A stretch of DNA of 45,491 bases. Source: Octopus bimaculoides. Taxonomy: Eukaryota. The stretch spans positions 136,079,030 through 136,124,520 of the forward strand of contig NC_068982.1 of NCBI RefSeq assembly GCF_001194135.2, read 5' to 3'. Position numbers and translations under genes: made by a program. This document shows, in pieces, positions 1 to 10,509 of this stretch (its first letter is position 1; the number at the start of each line of letters is the position of its first letter). The notes under the pieces were generated by a model. It did not search any database, was not told the DNA's origin, and worked only from the letters and a program-made list of their open reading frames with translations.

Positions 1-291
1 CCTACACGCCTATTTCACAGCAGTACTCTACCCAAAAAACGAAAACGCAACAACACATACATATAAAACATGGAAGAAAAATAGACAAATACATAACAAA
101 AATACCAGGACTTACAAATATATATAACATACAGAAAATTACACTACTGGGTACTGCACACATTCTACGCAAAACACTTTGAATACAGTAAACATAAGAG
201 CACCACAGCAAACCACAGCACATACCCAAGGCGCACAGAGCTGCGCTCGGTAGTGAAGTGAAAGCACGTTATAAAACTAAAACAACTGAAC
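1..291 (+). mobile_element. Internally deleted R4/Dong-clade non-LTR retrotransposon, copy 1 (5' part cut by the window edge)
   Basis: Bases 1-83 match the Myb-like coding region at 860-941 (LHAYFTAVLYPKNENATTHTYKTWKKN). This joins directly at about 83/84 to the ORF C-terminus (DKYITKIPGLTNIYNIQKITLLGTAHILRKTL) and the 3' UTR shared with 3770-3975. It is followed by (AAT)n. Confidence 0.85.
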
Positions 292-310
292 AATAATAAT
301 AATAATAATA

Positions 311-1139
311 ACACCGGGTACGTTTAAGAGAGGATACAACAGGGATGTTTAACATGTGAGAACGATAAATCACTGCTCCGAAATTTATCCAAAAACATCG
401 GAACTAATGACATCGCATGGAGCCAAAAATAGCTGACAAAGGGTTGGACTATATCCGAGTAAGTAATACTCATTGAAATTTATTTCTATATTCCAAATGA
501 AATGATGTATTTTAACTGGGTATCATCTCAACTGCTCGCACAGCACATGTAAACACGCTTGATACATCAACACCAGACCATCTCCGGCTCCAAACACACT
601 GTACAAAATAAATTACAAATAAATTAAATAATACCGGTATTATTCCACCCAAGAATAACAATCGGGAAGTGCGTACTTTAAACTTGTTACACAAAAAGTA
701 CGAAAAACTACACGTGCAAAACAATTTGACAACAGAAATAAAAGGATCGGTACCTTACAAAAATGATGACCGTCAAAATAAAGGACCGGACATTGTTCCT
801 CATGTCGCGCAAATAAAACCCAAACGGCATAAATGGACAGGTGAGGAATATATTTCAATCCTACACGCTTATTTTACAACAGTGCTCTACCCAAAGATCG
901 AAAACGCAACAACACATGCATATAAAATATAGAAGAAAAATAACCTAAATAAAGACTTCGACATAACAAAAACTCCAGGACTTATAACATACAGAAAATT
1001 GGACTACTGGGCACTGCACACATCCTACGCAAAACACTTTCAATACAGTAACCATAAGAGCATCACAGCAAACCACAGCACATACCCAAGGTACACATAC
1101 CTGCGCTAGGTAGTGAAGCACGTTATAAAAATAAAACTA

Positions 1140-1142
<3 letters not shown>
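311..1142 (+). mobile_element. Internally deleted R4/Dong-clade element, copy 2 (5' region + Myb-like N-terminus fused to 3' end)
   Basis: ORF 669-932 contains KRHKWTGEEYISILHAYF (Myb/SANT-like, as at the N-terminus of R4/Dong ORFs). At about 960-962 it joins to ATAACAAAAACTCCAGG, the ORF C-terminus and the 3' UTR homologous to 3779-3975. (AAT)n lies on both sides. Confidence 0.8.

Positions 1143-1202
<60 letters not shown>
1143..1202. repeat. (AAT)n microsatellite at the 3' end of Dong copy 2
   Basis: Pure AAT run, seen directly. Confidence 0.98.
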
Positions 1203-1204
<2 letters not shown>

Positions 1205-1430
1205 TCATAATTTTAATCCTCTCTATTATAGGCAAAAGGCCCGGAATTTGTGGGAAGATGGATAATTGATTACGTCGACACCAGTACTTGACTGCTACTT
1301 AATGTATCGACCCCGAAAGAATAAAAGCACACTCGAACTCGGCAGCATTTGAAATCAGAACGTAGCGACGGGTGAAATATCTCTAAGCATTTCGTCCAAC
1401 GCGCTAACGATTCTGCCAGCTCATTGCCTT
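1205..1430 (-). mobile_element. tRNA-derived SINE, family C (GAGCTGGCAGAA head)
   Basis: The reverse complement begins AAGGCAATGAGCTGGCAGAATCGTTAGCGCG. It has a B-box-like ATTTCAAATGC and shares its core with the copies at 19881, 25817, 29471 and 36545. Confidence 0.85.
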
Positions 1431-1600
<170 letters not shown>

Positions 1601-1611
1601 AATGATAATAA

Positions 1612-2560
1612 TATAAGATTGAAGCTATCAACACCTGGGTGGTTTCACTCCTTATATATGGAGCATGGGTAATCGCATAGACAGTAGGCAAACTAAACAC
1701 CTTAGACAGAAAGACAAGGAAGCTGCTAACTAGATATGGGACGCTCCACTCAAAAAGTGACACAGACAAACTGTATGTACCAACAAAAAGAGGGGGAAGA
1801 GGACTTATTGGATGCGAACACAGCATTAGAGCAGAAGAAAACAACATAACACAGTATGTAAAAATGCCACAGAACCGCTATTATTAGAAGTAAGAAGGTC
1901 ATGCTTGTGTAGGTTGAAAGATTGCAAAGATAAAGCACTATACAAGAAATTGAAAACGAATGAAACTGAAAATAGGTGGGTAAAGAACAGAATGCATGGA
2001 CAATTTCATAGGGATGTTGAAGATAAGACAGACAGAGAAAAAAGATGGCTGTGGATGACTAGAAGTGATTTAAAACTGGAAATGGAGGCTATAATCTGTG
2101 CTGCCTAAGAGCAAGCATTAAGGACCAGTTACAGATACGGAATAGACAACACACTAGAAAGTAATACATGCAGAATCTGTGGATAAAACGGTGAAACCGT
2201 AGGGCATATTACCAGCCAATGTACGCTACTAGCCCAGAAGGAATATAAGACACGCCACGACAATATAGCAAGGCTAGTCCATTGGATGCTTTGCAACCAG
2301 TATGGTCTTGACACAACAAGTTATGCGATGAGGAAGAAAGAAAAGTCGATAGGTATGAGAGCTTAGCTTGGCAGATAAAGCAGTTGTGGTCGATGAAAAA
2401 GGTGGTAGTGGTACCAATAATTGTCGAAGCCCTGGGATCAGTGAGTAAAAATCTCGAGAAGTACATGGAACAAATAGGGTCTGCAATAAGGGTGAAGCAC
2501 TTGCAGAAAACAGCACTGCTTAGAACCGTTCGAATACTCCGGAAAGTGCTTGAAAACTAA
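1612..2560 (+). pseudogene. 5'-truncated, decayed R4/Dong-clade ORF (second family): RT thumb, CCHC knuckle and partial restriction-like endonuclease
   Basis: Translates as KIEAINTWVVSLLIYGA..LDRKTRKLLTRYGTLHSKSDTDKLYVPTKRGGRGLIGCE..MHGQFHRDV..CRICG*NGETVGHITSQC..YKTRHDNIARLVHW..VVVVPIIVEALG..LLRTVRILRKVLEN*. It has stops and frameshifts, and the PD..D catalytic segment is deleted near 2311. Confidence 0.9.
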
Positions 2561-2700
2561 TCTCCCCCAGAACTACGTTAAGGGTACACGTGTATGTGGA
2601 GTTCTCAGCCACTTGCACGTTAATTTCACGAGCAGGCTGTTCCGCTGATCGGATCAACGGGAACACTCGTCGTCTTACCCGATGGAGTGCCAACAACAAC
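2559..2700 (+). mobile_element. 3' tail of SINE family D, ending in (CAA)3 and fused to the Dong stop codon
   Basis: AATCTCCCCCAGAACTACGTTAAGGGTACACGTG...GATGGAGTGC aligns to the reverse complement of 8448-8575. Confidence 0.85.
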
Positions 2701-2768
2701 CTACCACAGCTGCATGGGATGGAGTACAGGCAATCTTTGGTCATATTCTCTTCTATTGGTGGTTTCAC
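2697..2768 (-). pseudogene. Penelope-like GIY-YIG endonuclease fragment (inverted)
   Basis: The minus strand reads VKPPIEENMTKDCLYSIPCSCGRL, matching the PLE VYxIPCSCG motif that starts the GIY-YIG domain. Confidence 0.7.
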
Positions 2769-3088
2769 TCGTAAATAATGTAAATAATGTACATAATTCC
2801 TCATCTCTTAAATATAGAACTGTATTATCTAATCAGTACGGAGCCGACATTAGACTTCAATGGAGACATATAGAGAAACTCCATCAAAAACTAGCTCGTC
2901 TTACAAACCATCTAACTTTCCTGTGTAGATGTAGAGACTCAAAGCTAATACCACCTGGTTTAAATATAATGGCACCGGTGGATTCATATAAACCTAGAAG
3001 AGTAGCGGAAAGGGCAGGACATACCCTCGTCCGTGAGCGGATCCATTACAACCGTTGGAAAAGACATCAGCCAAATAACGAAATCAAA
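2768..3088 (+). pseudogene. Penelope-like element ORF N-terminal fragment
   Basis: YGADIRLQWRHIEKLHQKLARLTNHLTFLCRCRDSKLIPPGL..RVAERAGHTLVRERI matches the typical PLE N-terminal pattern (NHLxFLxRCxxxxLIPxGL). Confidence 0.8.
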
Positions 3089-3302
3089 GTGAGGATGGGC
3101 TGCTTGATTTGAAGAAAATTCTAGCTGGGCCCCACCTGCAAGGTCATGCGTTGTTTACCTTGATATGAGCTTACTATGTCACGCACATATGGTTGTGATG
3201 CATGTGCCTTGTGCAGTATATTGAGCTTCGTATATTTTACCCCATGTCATTTTGATTGTATACCCTGCTCCCTCACTGAATAATAATAATAATAATAATA
3301 AT

Positions 3303-3972
3303 ATATGTGGAGATCGACAAGAAACAATAAATCATATTATCTCTGGCTGCCCAGTCCTGGCTAAGAAGGAATATATTCACAGACACGACAGAGCTGGGAC
3401 CTATATACACTGGAAGCTATGCCAACATTATGGAATAGCAACAGAAAAAAGATGGTATAAACACACGCCAGAAAAGGTCACAGAAAACGAGAAAGCAACC
3501 ATACTCTGGGATATGCCAATACACACAGATAGAGAAATTAAGGCAAATAGACCAGATATAGTTGTCAAAGATCATGAAGGAAAAAAATGCCTTCTAATTG
3601 ATGTTTCAATACCAGCAGATGACAACGTTTCTCTAAAAGAAATGGAAAAACTTTCAAAATACAAAGACCTGGAAATAGAGATAACTCNNNNNNNNNNNNN
3701 AATGTGGAATCTAAAAACAGAAACAATTCCTATCATAGTAGGTGCCTTAGGTATAATAAAAAAATATTCAGACAAATACATAACAAAAACACCAGGACTT
3801 ACAAATATATATAACATACAGAAAATTGCACTACTGGGTACTGCACACATTCTACGCAAAACACTTTCAATACAGTAAACATAAGAGCACCACAGCAAAC
3901 CACAGCACATACCCAAGGCGCACAGAGCTGCGCTCGGTAGTGAAGTGAAAGCACGTTATAAAAATAAAACTA

Positions 3973-3975
<3 letters not shown>
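3303..3975 (+). mobile_element. 5'-truncated R4/Dong-clade element, family 1 (CCHC knuckle + PD-(D/E)xK endonuclease + 3' UTR)
   Basis: The ORF to 3878 reads ICGDRQETINHIISGC..RHD..ILWDMPIHTDREIKANRPDIVV..CLLIDVSIP..EKLSKY..PIIVGALG..ALLGTAHILRKTLSIQ*. It is flanked by (AAT)n at 3280-3302 and 3976-4035 and contains a small N gap at 3688-3700. Confidence 0.93.
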
Positions 3976-4031
<56 letters not shown>

Positions 4032-4035
4032 TAAT
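3976..4035. repeat. (AAT)n microsatellite at the 3' end of Dong copy 3
   Basis: Seen directly. Confidence 0.97.
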
Positions 4036-4197
4036 ATAGCTGAAAACTACCGATAGCATGGTATCGTAGGCTGGAGGTATCAAGCACGCTACGCATGCGA
4101 GACTCTAGGAGCTCCGATAAAACCTGTGATATAGAGAAGTGTTAATAATGATGTACTATTGCGATTATGCAGATTCAATGCAATATCTATTTAACTT

Positions 4198-4599
4198 ATT
4201 ACTCTTTAAATTGTTTCAGTCATTAGACTGTGGCCATTCTGGAGCACCACCTTTAGTCGAGCATATCGACCTCAGGACTTATTCTATGTAAGCCTAGTAG
4301 TTATTCTATCGCTCTCTTCTGTCGAACCGCTAATTTACGGGGACGTAAACACACCAGCATCGGTTGTCAAGCGATGTTGGTGGGACAAACAGACATACAA
4401 ACTCATACACGCACATACATATATACACATATACATATATACGACGGGCTTCTTTCAGTTTCCGTCTACCAAATCCACTCACAAGGCTTTGATCGGCCCA
4501 AGGCTATAGTAGAAGACACTTACCCAAGGTGCCACTCAGTGGGTCTGAACACGGAACCATGTGGTTGGTAAGCAAGTTACTTACCACACAGCCACTCCT
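4198..4599 (-). mobile_element. tRNA-derived SINE, family A (full length, internal CA/TA tract)
   Basis: Minus-strand head GGAGTGGCTGTGTGG (A-box-like) with a B-box-like GTGTTCAGACCC; collinear with 13681-14092. Confidence 0.92.
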
Positions 4600-5749
4600 A
4601 CGCCTATTCTTTTTTTATAATTCTATCATTTAAGTGTTCACCTATAAGAGAGCATGTATGTTGAACCAGAATGTACAGTCGAAGCAAAATCAAAACGTTG
4701 GGTTACCAAAATTTTCACTATGCCGTAAATACAGCTTTTCTTGATGTTTTTTTAAATATATTCCACCTTTAACATTCATATTCGCACGATGTACACCATC
4801 CTTTTTGCTTAAAGATTCTATCTTCTAGTTCCTTCTCTTCGACAGGTTTACTTTGAAGGCGAGTGAAAAGATGAAAAGAACACTATATAAATTCTGCATC
4901 AACACGTTCTTAAGGTGATACCGATTCACCACAAGGAAAAGGGAAAAATAAAATAAATGAAATAAAGAATTTGTATGTAAAAAGGTTATTTTTAAAATAC
5001 TTTTTTTACGCTATTATAACGTTATTACAGTTATAATAGTGAAAAGAAATTTATTTGTGATTCCAGTGTATTAAAATCTATTGAAAATATAGAAATATAT
5101 TAGTGAGTTATTAACTTCAATATACTATTATCGAAATCGCATTTTCATGGGTCAGCTTAATCATTATTATCACACTTTCCTTTGGCATGGTTTTTAGCTA
5201 TGAACTCGATAGTGTTCAGTAAATTGTTGTGAGATTCTGGATTTTGGTACACCAGGCCACTTTTAGTTTGTCCAATAAACCAAACATCATTCCTATGAAA
5301 AAATATCGTTTAATGTGGTTTGATGTTACTTCTATTATTTTTGTTTCATGGCCCATCGTTTTTATTGCTAAAAATGCAGTGGTAAATCTCTTCCTAAATA
5401 GTTTTACTTGAAATCTTTTTCTGATCCCGTATAGTTTTAGCAGTCATTCCTCTAAGATCTAGTTTTCATTTAGTAGTACTAAATATTTATTATTTCTCCT
5501 TCACATCATTCATAGGAGATGAATTGGCACAATAGTTAGAAACTTGGTAAAATGCATTCCTTTATCTATTCTGACATTTTGAGTTCGAATCGTACTGAGG
5601 TTAACTTTACATTTCATCTTTCAGGACTGTTAAAACAAAGTAACAGTCAAATATTGGGTTTGGTGATATCTACTACTCCTCACCCCTTTCAAATAGCCTT
5701 CTGTCTAAGAGACGAATTTCATATTTGCGTAAAAAGCAATGTATTGGTT

Positions 5750-5920
5750 GTGTCGGCTAAATACCATGCCATATCTATCCCAGCTTTTTATATTCTGAGT
5801 TCAAATCCTGCTGAGAGTAACTTTGAATTTTACCCGTCTGGTGTCGATCAAGTACCATGCAATACTGCATAAACAATTGAACCACTTCACCAAATTTCAA
5901 GCGTTGTGGTTATATTAGAA
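5750..5920 (+). mobile_element. Degenerate SINE family C copy
   Basis: TTCTGAGTTCAAATCCTGCTGAGAGTAACTTTG...GTCGATCAAGTACC resembles the family core. Confidence 0.6.
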
Positions 5921-6959
5921 GTAGTCATAATCATATTTTGTATTCTTAAAACTGAAATAAGTGTTACTATGTATGGTCACATTTTCTCATACTAAACATG
6001 CAGCTTCCATATTTTTCGATATATACATGTAAAAATGACAGAAAAGAACGACTACAACTGAAAACGCATTTAATAGAATTTCGTTTCAGGCTATATGCAT
6101 ATATTGGCTTCATTTTGTTTTCTCTTATTTTTCAAAAGTTTTTGACACATCATACTCTTAGAGAAGATAAATAAAAACAGATTGTTAATTTTAATCATGA
6201 CTATTGTCTCGAGCATTCCACAGATAATTTTGCTGTGTAATTTCACCGAAGACAAAACGATTGTTAGTTTAACTTCTATAGAATTTTGTTTGTAATTCAT
6301 AACGCAGAAATGAATTCAAAGACTAGCATCATAAAAAAATATGAAACAGATAACAAACTTCAGACTTTGAAAAATATATTCTCCTTATCTGGCATAACTA
6401 TACTAACTCAAACAGTGAACATGAAGAGGAATATTAGCGGCATTTATTTGTTCTAGCTGTCATTCTGAGACATCGACTTTAATATGGATACACCTAAATC
6501 TATTTCTAATTATTTTAGTGTTAAGAGTAAAGTAAGAGAATAAATATTCTGCGGTGTTCAAATCAATTGTAATCTAAACATGAATAATTTCAAATTAAAT
6601 TGTTTATTTCTGTCTTTAAACATTCTCTTGTGTCGATAAAGTAAGAATAGATTTTACAACGCCATCTTGATCAAATAATTGCTAACATTTAATTGAAAGC
6701 ACATTTTGATTACAAATATCGTTTTAGTTATGCTTTACAGTCAGAATCATCATAGATATTCGATACTGGCAAATGCTTTGCACAATGTTTATCTGAGTGG
6801 CTGAGTTACTTGTAAAAATATTGGAAGAAGACATTTTATTGATAAACTTTAATTATTTATACGTAAAAATTAGATGTTTTTAAATGACGATATATTTGTC
6901 ATTTACAATATCTTTGGAAATATATATGCAGATAAGCATTCAGTGCATTTTACGTAGCT

Positions 6960-6984
6960 AAACATACACATACATACATACATA

Positions 6985-7058
<74 letters not shown>
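6960..7058. repeat. (CATA)n(CA)n(TA)n compound microsatellite
   Basis: Seen directly. Confidence 0.95.
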
Positions 7059-7059
<1 letters not shown>

Positions 7060-8447
7060 GGTAAATGAAAGACGGAAGATGTAAGATATAAAAATATTTA
7101 TTAAACACGACAATTGATTCGATACATCTAGCATCCATCTCTTACAAGTGGGATACTTAACAACTGGTTCAGGAGTATCCGACAATGCAGATGTGTCTCT
7201 TCGGGTGGCAAATAGATATAACTCGTTAAAATAACAGTTCCGCAATGTATCTTCTCATTTTGTGTAAAGAAAAAGCAGCAAAACGAAGGATATATTTTCA
7301 TTTATATAGAAGGTCAATATTAAAATAACAGATGCCAAACAGAAACGAACACGCAGTACATTACAGCATATCTATAATCATACTGTATGTACAAATATAT
7401 TGTTATGCAGTGGAAAAATTCTAACAAAACCTAATGCCTTGTCATGCAACACTACTAAGATGAAATGTGCCTTGATCTCCAAACAATACTTGACTCTATT
7501 CTTTCATAAAGGTTAAACCACATTATAGAAGCTGTTGCATTCAAAGTCAATATCTTTTCGGATGTAATCTAAATAAATATCAACAACCTCAATGAATCCT
7601 GCTAGCCCCCGATTAGATATCGGCGACCTTCCTTAGCTGAAATGATGCTGTGTCCATACATATCGAGAAATTCGTTTATAACCACTGAAATTTCACATGC
7701 TTTAACAGTTGACCGTAGATTTAAGTCATATGGTTCATTTTACGAGTAGAGAATACTATTGGGAAAATTTTGCTGAATAAAATAAAGTTTAAGTGAGACA
7801 GTGTGCCCCAAAGAAATCACAGCTGAATATCTTTCATAATATTCCATTTAAAAACAGAGTAGGGGGGTAGCCTTGAGACCATGGTAGAAAAACAACGGAG
7901 AATAGAATTTTATTTACGACACCTAGTAAACTTGTACCAGTAATCGTTCAGTGGAATAACTGATAGACTAACGTCATTGAATTTATCACGGACAGTGTAA
8001 AAGAACATAATTTCTAACTCTGCGCAAAAAACTAATCAAGTGATATAATATATATATAGCTTTGTAGAGAGCTTAATGAATTCCACGGAAGTTTACTAAA
8101 ACATTCAATACTATTGTTTCAACAGTAAACGCATTTAGGGATCCGATGAAGAAATTCTGATCAAAGTACTGCTCCTTGATATATAATACGGCAGCTAAAG
8201 TGGAATCTGGCATTATCGCAACAAAGGCATTCCGTTCCGTTCTCAACTATTTGACGATAAAGTGATTTCGTTCTACTAAATACTGTAAACAATGCTGACA
8301 GTTATAAAAATGTGAGTACTTTTCGATTATCCACCATAAATGTAAAAGCCGAAAAGAGTGAATATAGACTTTTACAGCAGATAATGTCAGTGAAAATAAT
8401 ATCGTGATTTCCGGGGAAGGTTAGCGGGCATAACGTTGTATATAGGA

Positions 8448-8760
8448 GCACTCCGTCGGTTACGACGACGAGGGTCCCAGCTGATACGATCAACGGAAGA
8501 GCCTGCTCATGAAATTAACGTGCAAGTGACTGAGCAATCCACAGACACGTGTACCCCTAATGTAGTTCAAAGGGAGACTCAGCATGACAAGGCTGGCTTT
8601 TTGAAATACAGGTACTACTCATTTTTGCCAGCTGAGTGGACTGGAGCAACGAGAAAATTAAAGCGTCTTGCTCAAGGACAAAACGCCTCGCCGGGAATCG
8701 AGTTCACGACCTTACGATCGCGAACCGAATGCCCTAAGCACTAAGACACGCGCCTTCCAC
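8448..8760 (-). mobile_element. tRNA-derived SINE, family D, full length with 16-bp TSD
   Basis: Minus-strand head GCGCGTGTCTTAGTGCTTAGG...GAACTCGATTCCC with a central TGTCCTTGAGCAAGAC. The TSD AACGTTGTATATAGGA lies at 8432-8447 and 8761-8776. Confidence 0.93.
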
Positions 8761-9290
8761 AACGTTGTATATAGGAAAACCAGAAACACAAATCTAACCA
8801 GTTTCTTTGATGATGACTCAAGTACAAGATGAATATCGAGAACATATAAAGCTTCCGTGAGAAGAAATCTGCACTATCGAATTCAACATTATTAAATATA
8901 AAAAAAAAAAATAAAGAAACAAATAAGCGTTGCACAGGTTCCCCTCCAAACAGCAGTTTCGGATGTGGTTTGAAAGAGTTCAACAATATCAATGTATTAT
9001 TCATCACCCGAATGTATTATTGATGTAAATGAGTTAAATGTGTATGCATAAATTCAAGAAAATTTCGATCGTTTGGAAGTAAAACCTGTGAGCTATTAAT
9101 TTATTGTGTCGTAAATATTGTCATACTGTCACATTCAGAGTTGTGCAGATTTATTTTGAGAACGATATCTCGCATTTCAACACAGAAAGTCACTCACAGT
9201 CATGTAACATGTTGAATCGAGAAAACTATATTTATATGTCGGTGTGTGTGCGTGTGTGTGCGTGTGAGTGCGTGGGAATATGTGTGTATT

Positions 9291-9334
<44 letters not shown>

Positions 9335-9354
9335 AATACGCATATATTTCACCA

Positions 9355-9785
9355 ACTATTTCGGAATTAGAAGCCTTTGAAAAAGACCTTTTCGAGCTAA
9401 GTAGAAGAATTAAATTCCGCAAGTTCATCAACTAAATCGAGAAAGATATGAAGGTAAAAATTAGAGACATAAAGAATTCGGATAAGATCTTCGTAAACTC
9501 CGACAAGACAAAAAACTTATACGCGGTTGACGAAGATATTTATAAACGTCTACTTTCGAACAGCATCACGGACACCTTCAAGAAGATAACACAAATTTAT
9601 ATACAGAGGTAAATTTTGAGGCAAGAAGAATTGCTAGCGATCTTAAAGTTAGTGATAGGATAGAATACTTCGCCCTACGCTAAACATTTAGTATCCTGAA
9701 AGACCACAAAGCTAATTACAATAGAAACCCTCAATGTTGACTAATTAACCCAGCTAAAACTGGAATAGGCATAATTAGCAGATAT
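9355..9785 (+). pseudogene. Penelope-like RT N-terminal fragment, resembling the Naiad/Chlamys type
   Basis: ELEAFEKDLFELSRRIKFRK..KIFVNSDKTKNLY..LLSNSITDTFKK / EARRIASDLKVSDRIE..FSILKDHKANYNRNPQC*LINPAKTGIGIIS. It carries the DKT and LKDHK...(R)LINP motifs, three stops and one frameshift. Confidence 0.8.
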
Positions 9786-9840
9786 ATAAGCATACACGCT
9801 TGAAACACTGAGTACCAAGGAGTCTGAATCAAACTATTTT

Positions 9841-9842
<2 letters not shown>

Positions 9843-9893
<51 letters not shown>

Positions 9894-9905
9894 ATATATA
9901 TATAT
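9843..9905. repeat. (TC)n(TA)n microsatellite
   Basis: Seen directly. Confidence 0.95.
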
Positions 9906-9913
9906 GTAAATAA

Positions 9914-10252
9914 TGTGACAATTATTCAGTAGCCATGATAAATCTCCGAGTTTCGGATGCCGGGACGGAAACCCACGCCGCCAGCTCCTCAGTTATCTGG
10001 GCATTGAGAAATGGTATGAAAATGACAGTTAAACAAAGGGAAATTACTGTGAGGTTGATCGTTATTAAGGCAAAAGAGCCATTAGAATGACCGCTAAGTG
10101 AGGGGAAGTTGACCACACAGTAATTTCCCTTTGTTTAACGGTCATTTTCATAGCATTTTTCAATGGCCAGATAAGTGAAGAGATGGCAGCGTGGGTTTCC
10201 GCTCCGGCACCCGAAACACGGAGTTTATCATGGCTACCGAATAACTGTCACA
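9914..10252. repeat. About 340-bp inverted repeat (about 145-bp arms, about 50-bp spacer), each arm carrying a degenerate hammerhead-like motif
   Basis: 9914-10058 is the reverse complement of 10108-10252 with scattered substitutions. The arms read outward as GATAA-(C/G)TGA(G/A)GA...CC-GAAAC...TTATC. Confidence 0.9.
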
Positions 10253-10509
10253 TATTGATTACAGATAAATTCATCTATTTTACATAATATCGATGTNNNN
10301 NNNNNNTATATATGTATATATATAAACAACAACAACTATATACGCGTTTCTGTGTATATGCATCTATACGTGAGTGTACTGACGTCGGTGTTTAAAAGAT
10401 GGTTTAACTTTCATTTTGTTACTTATGACAAATCGGGCCAATGAAAAATCTATATTGAGATAAGAACCTATTTAACCTTGTTCTGAATGAGATAAATATT
10501 TGGTACTAT

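Noticed and set aside
311-500. Possible HDV-like or other ribozyme at the 5' end of Dong copy 2 (R2 and R4 relatives have one)
   Set aside because: Some helices are visible (TCCGA/TCGGA, GAGTA/TACTC, TGCTCC/GGAGC), but I could not build the nested double pseudoknot with a proper L3 by eye. An RNArobo or Infernal search is needed.
7400-8300. Stretch with long partially open frames on the minus strand (e.g. AGFIEVVDIYLDYIRKDIDFECNSFY)
   Set aside because: It may be a decayed coding relic, but I could not assign any family, and stops occur in all frames. A tblastx or HMM search would be needed.
8690-8760. tRNA-like sequences (also at 4530-4599, 13681-13735, 30987-31055 and 45370-45428)
   Set aside because: They have A/B boxes but no complete cloverleaf and run into SINE bodies; these are SINE heads, not tRNA genes.
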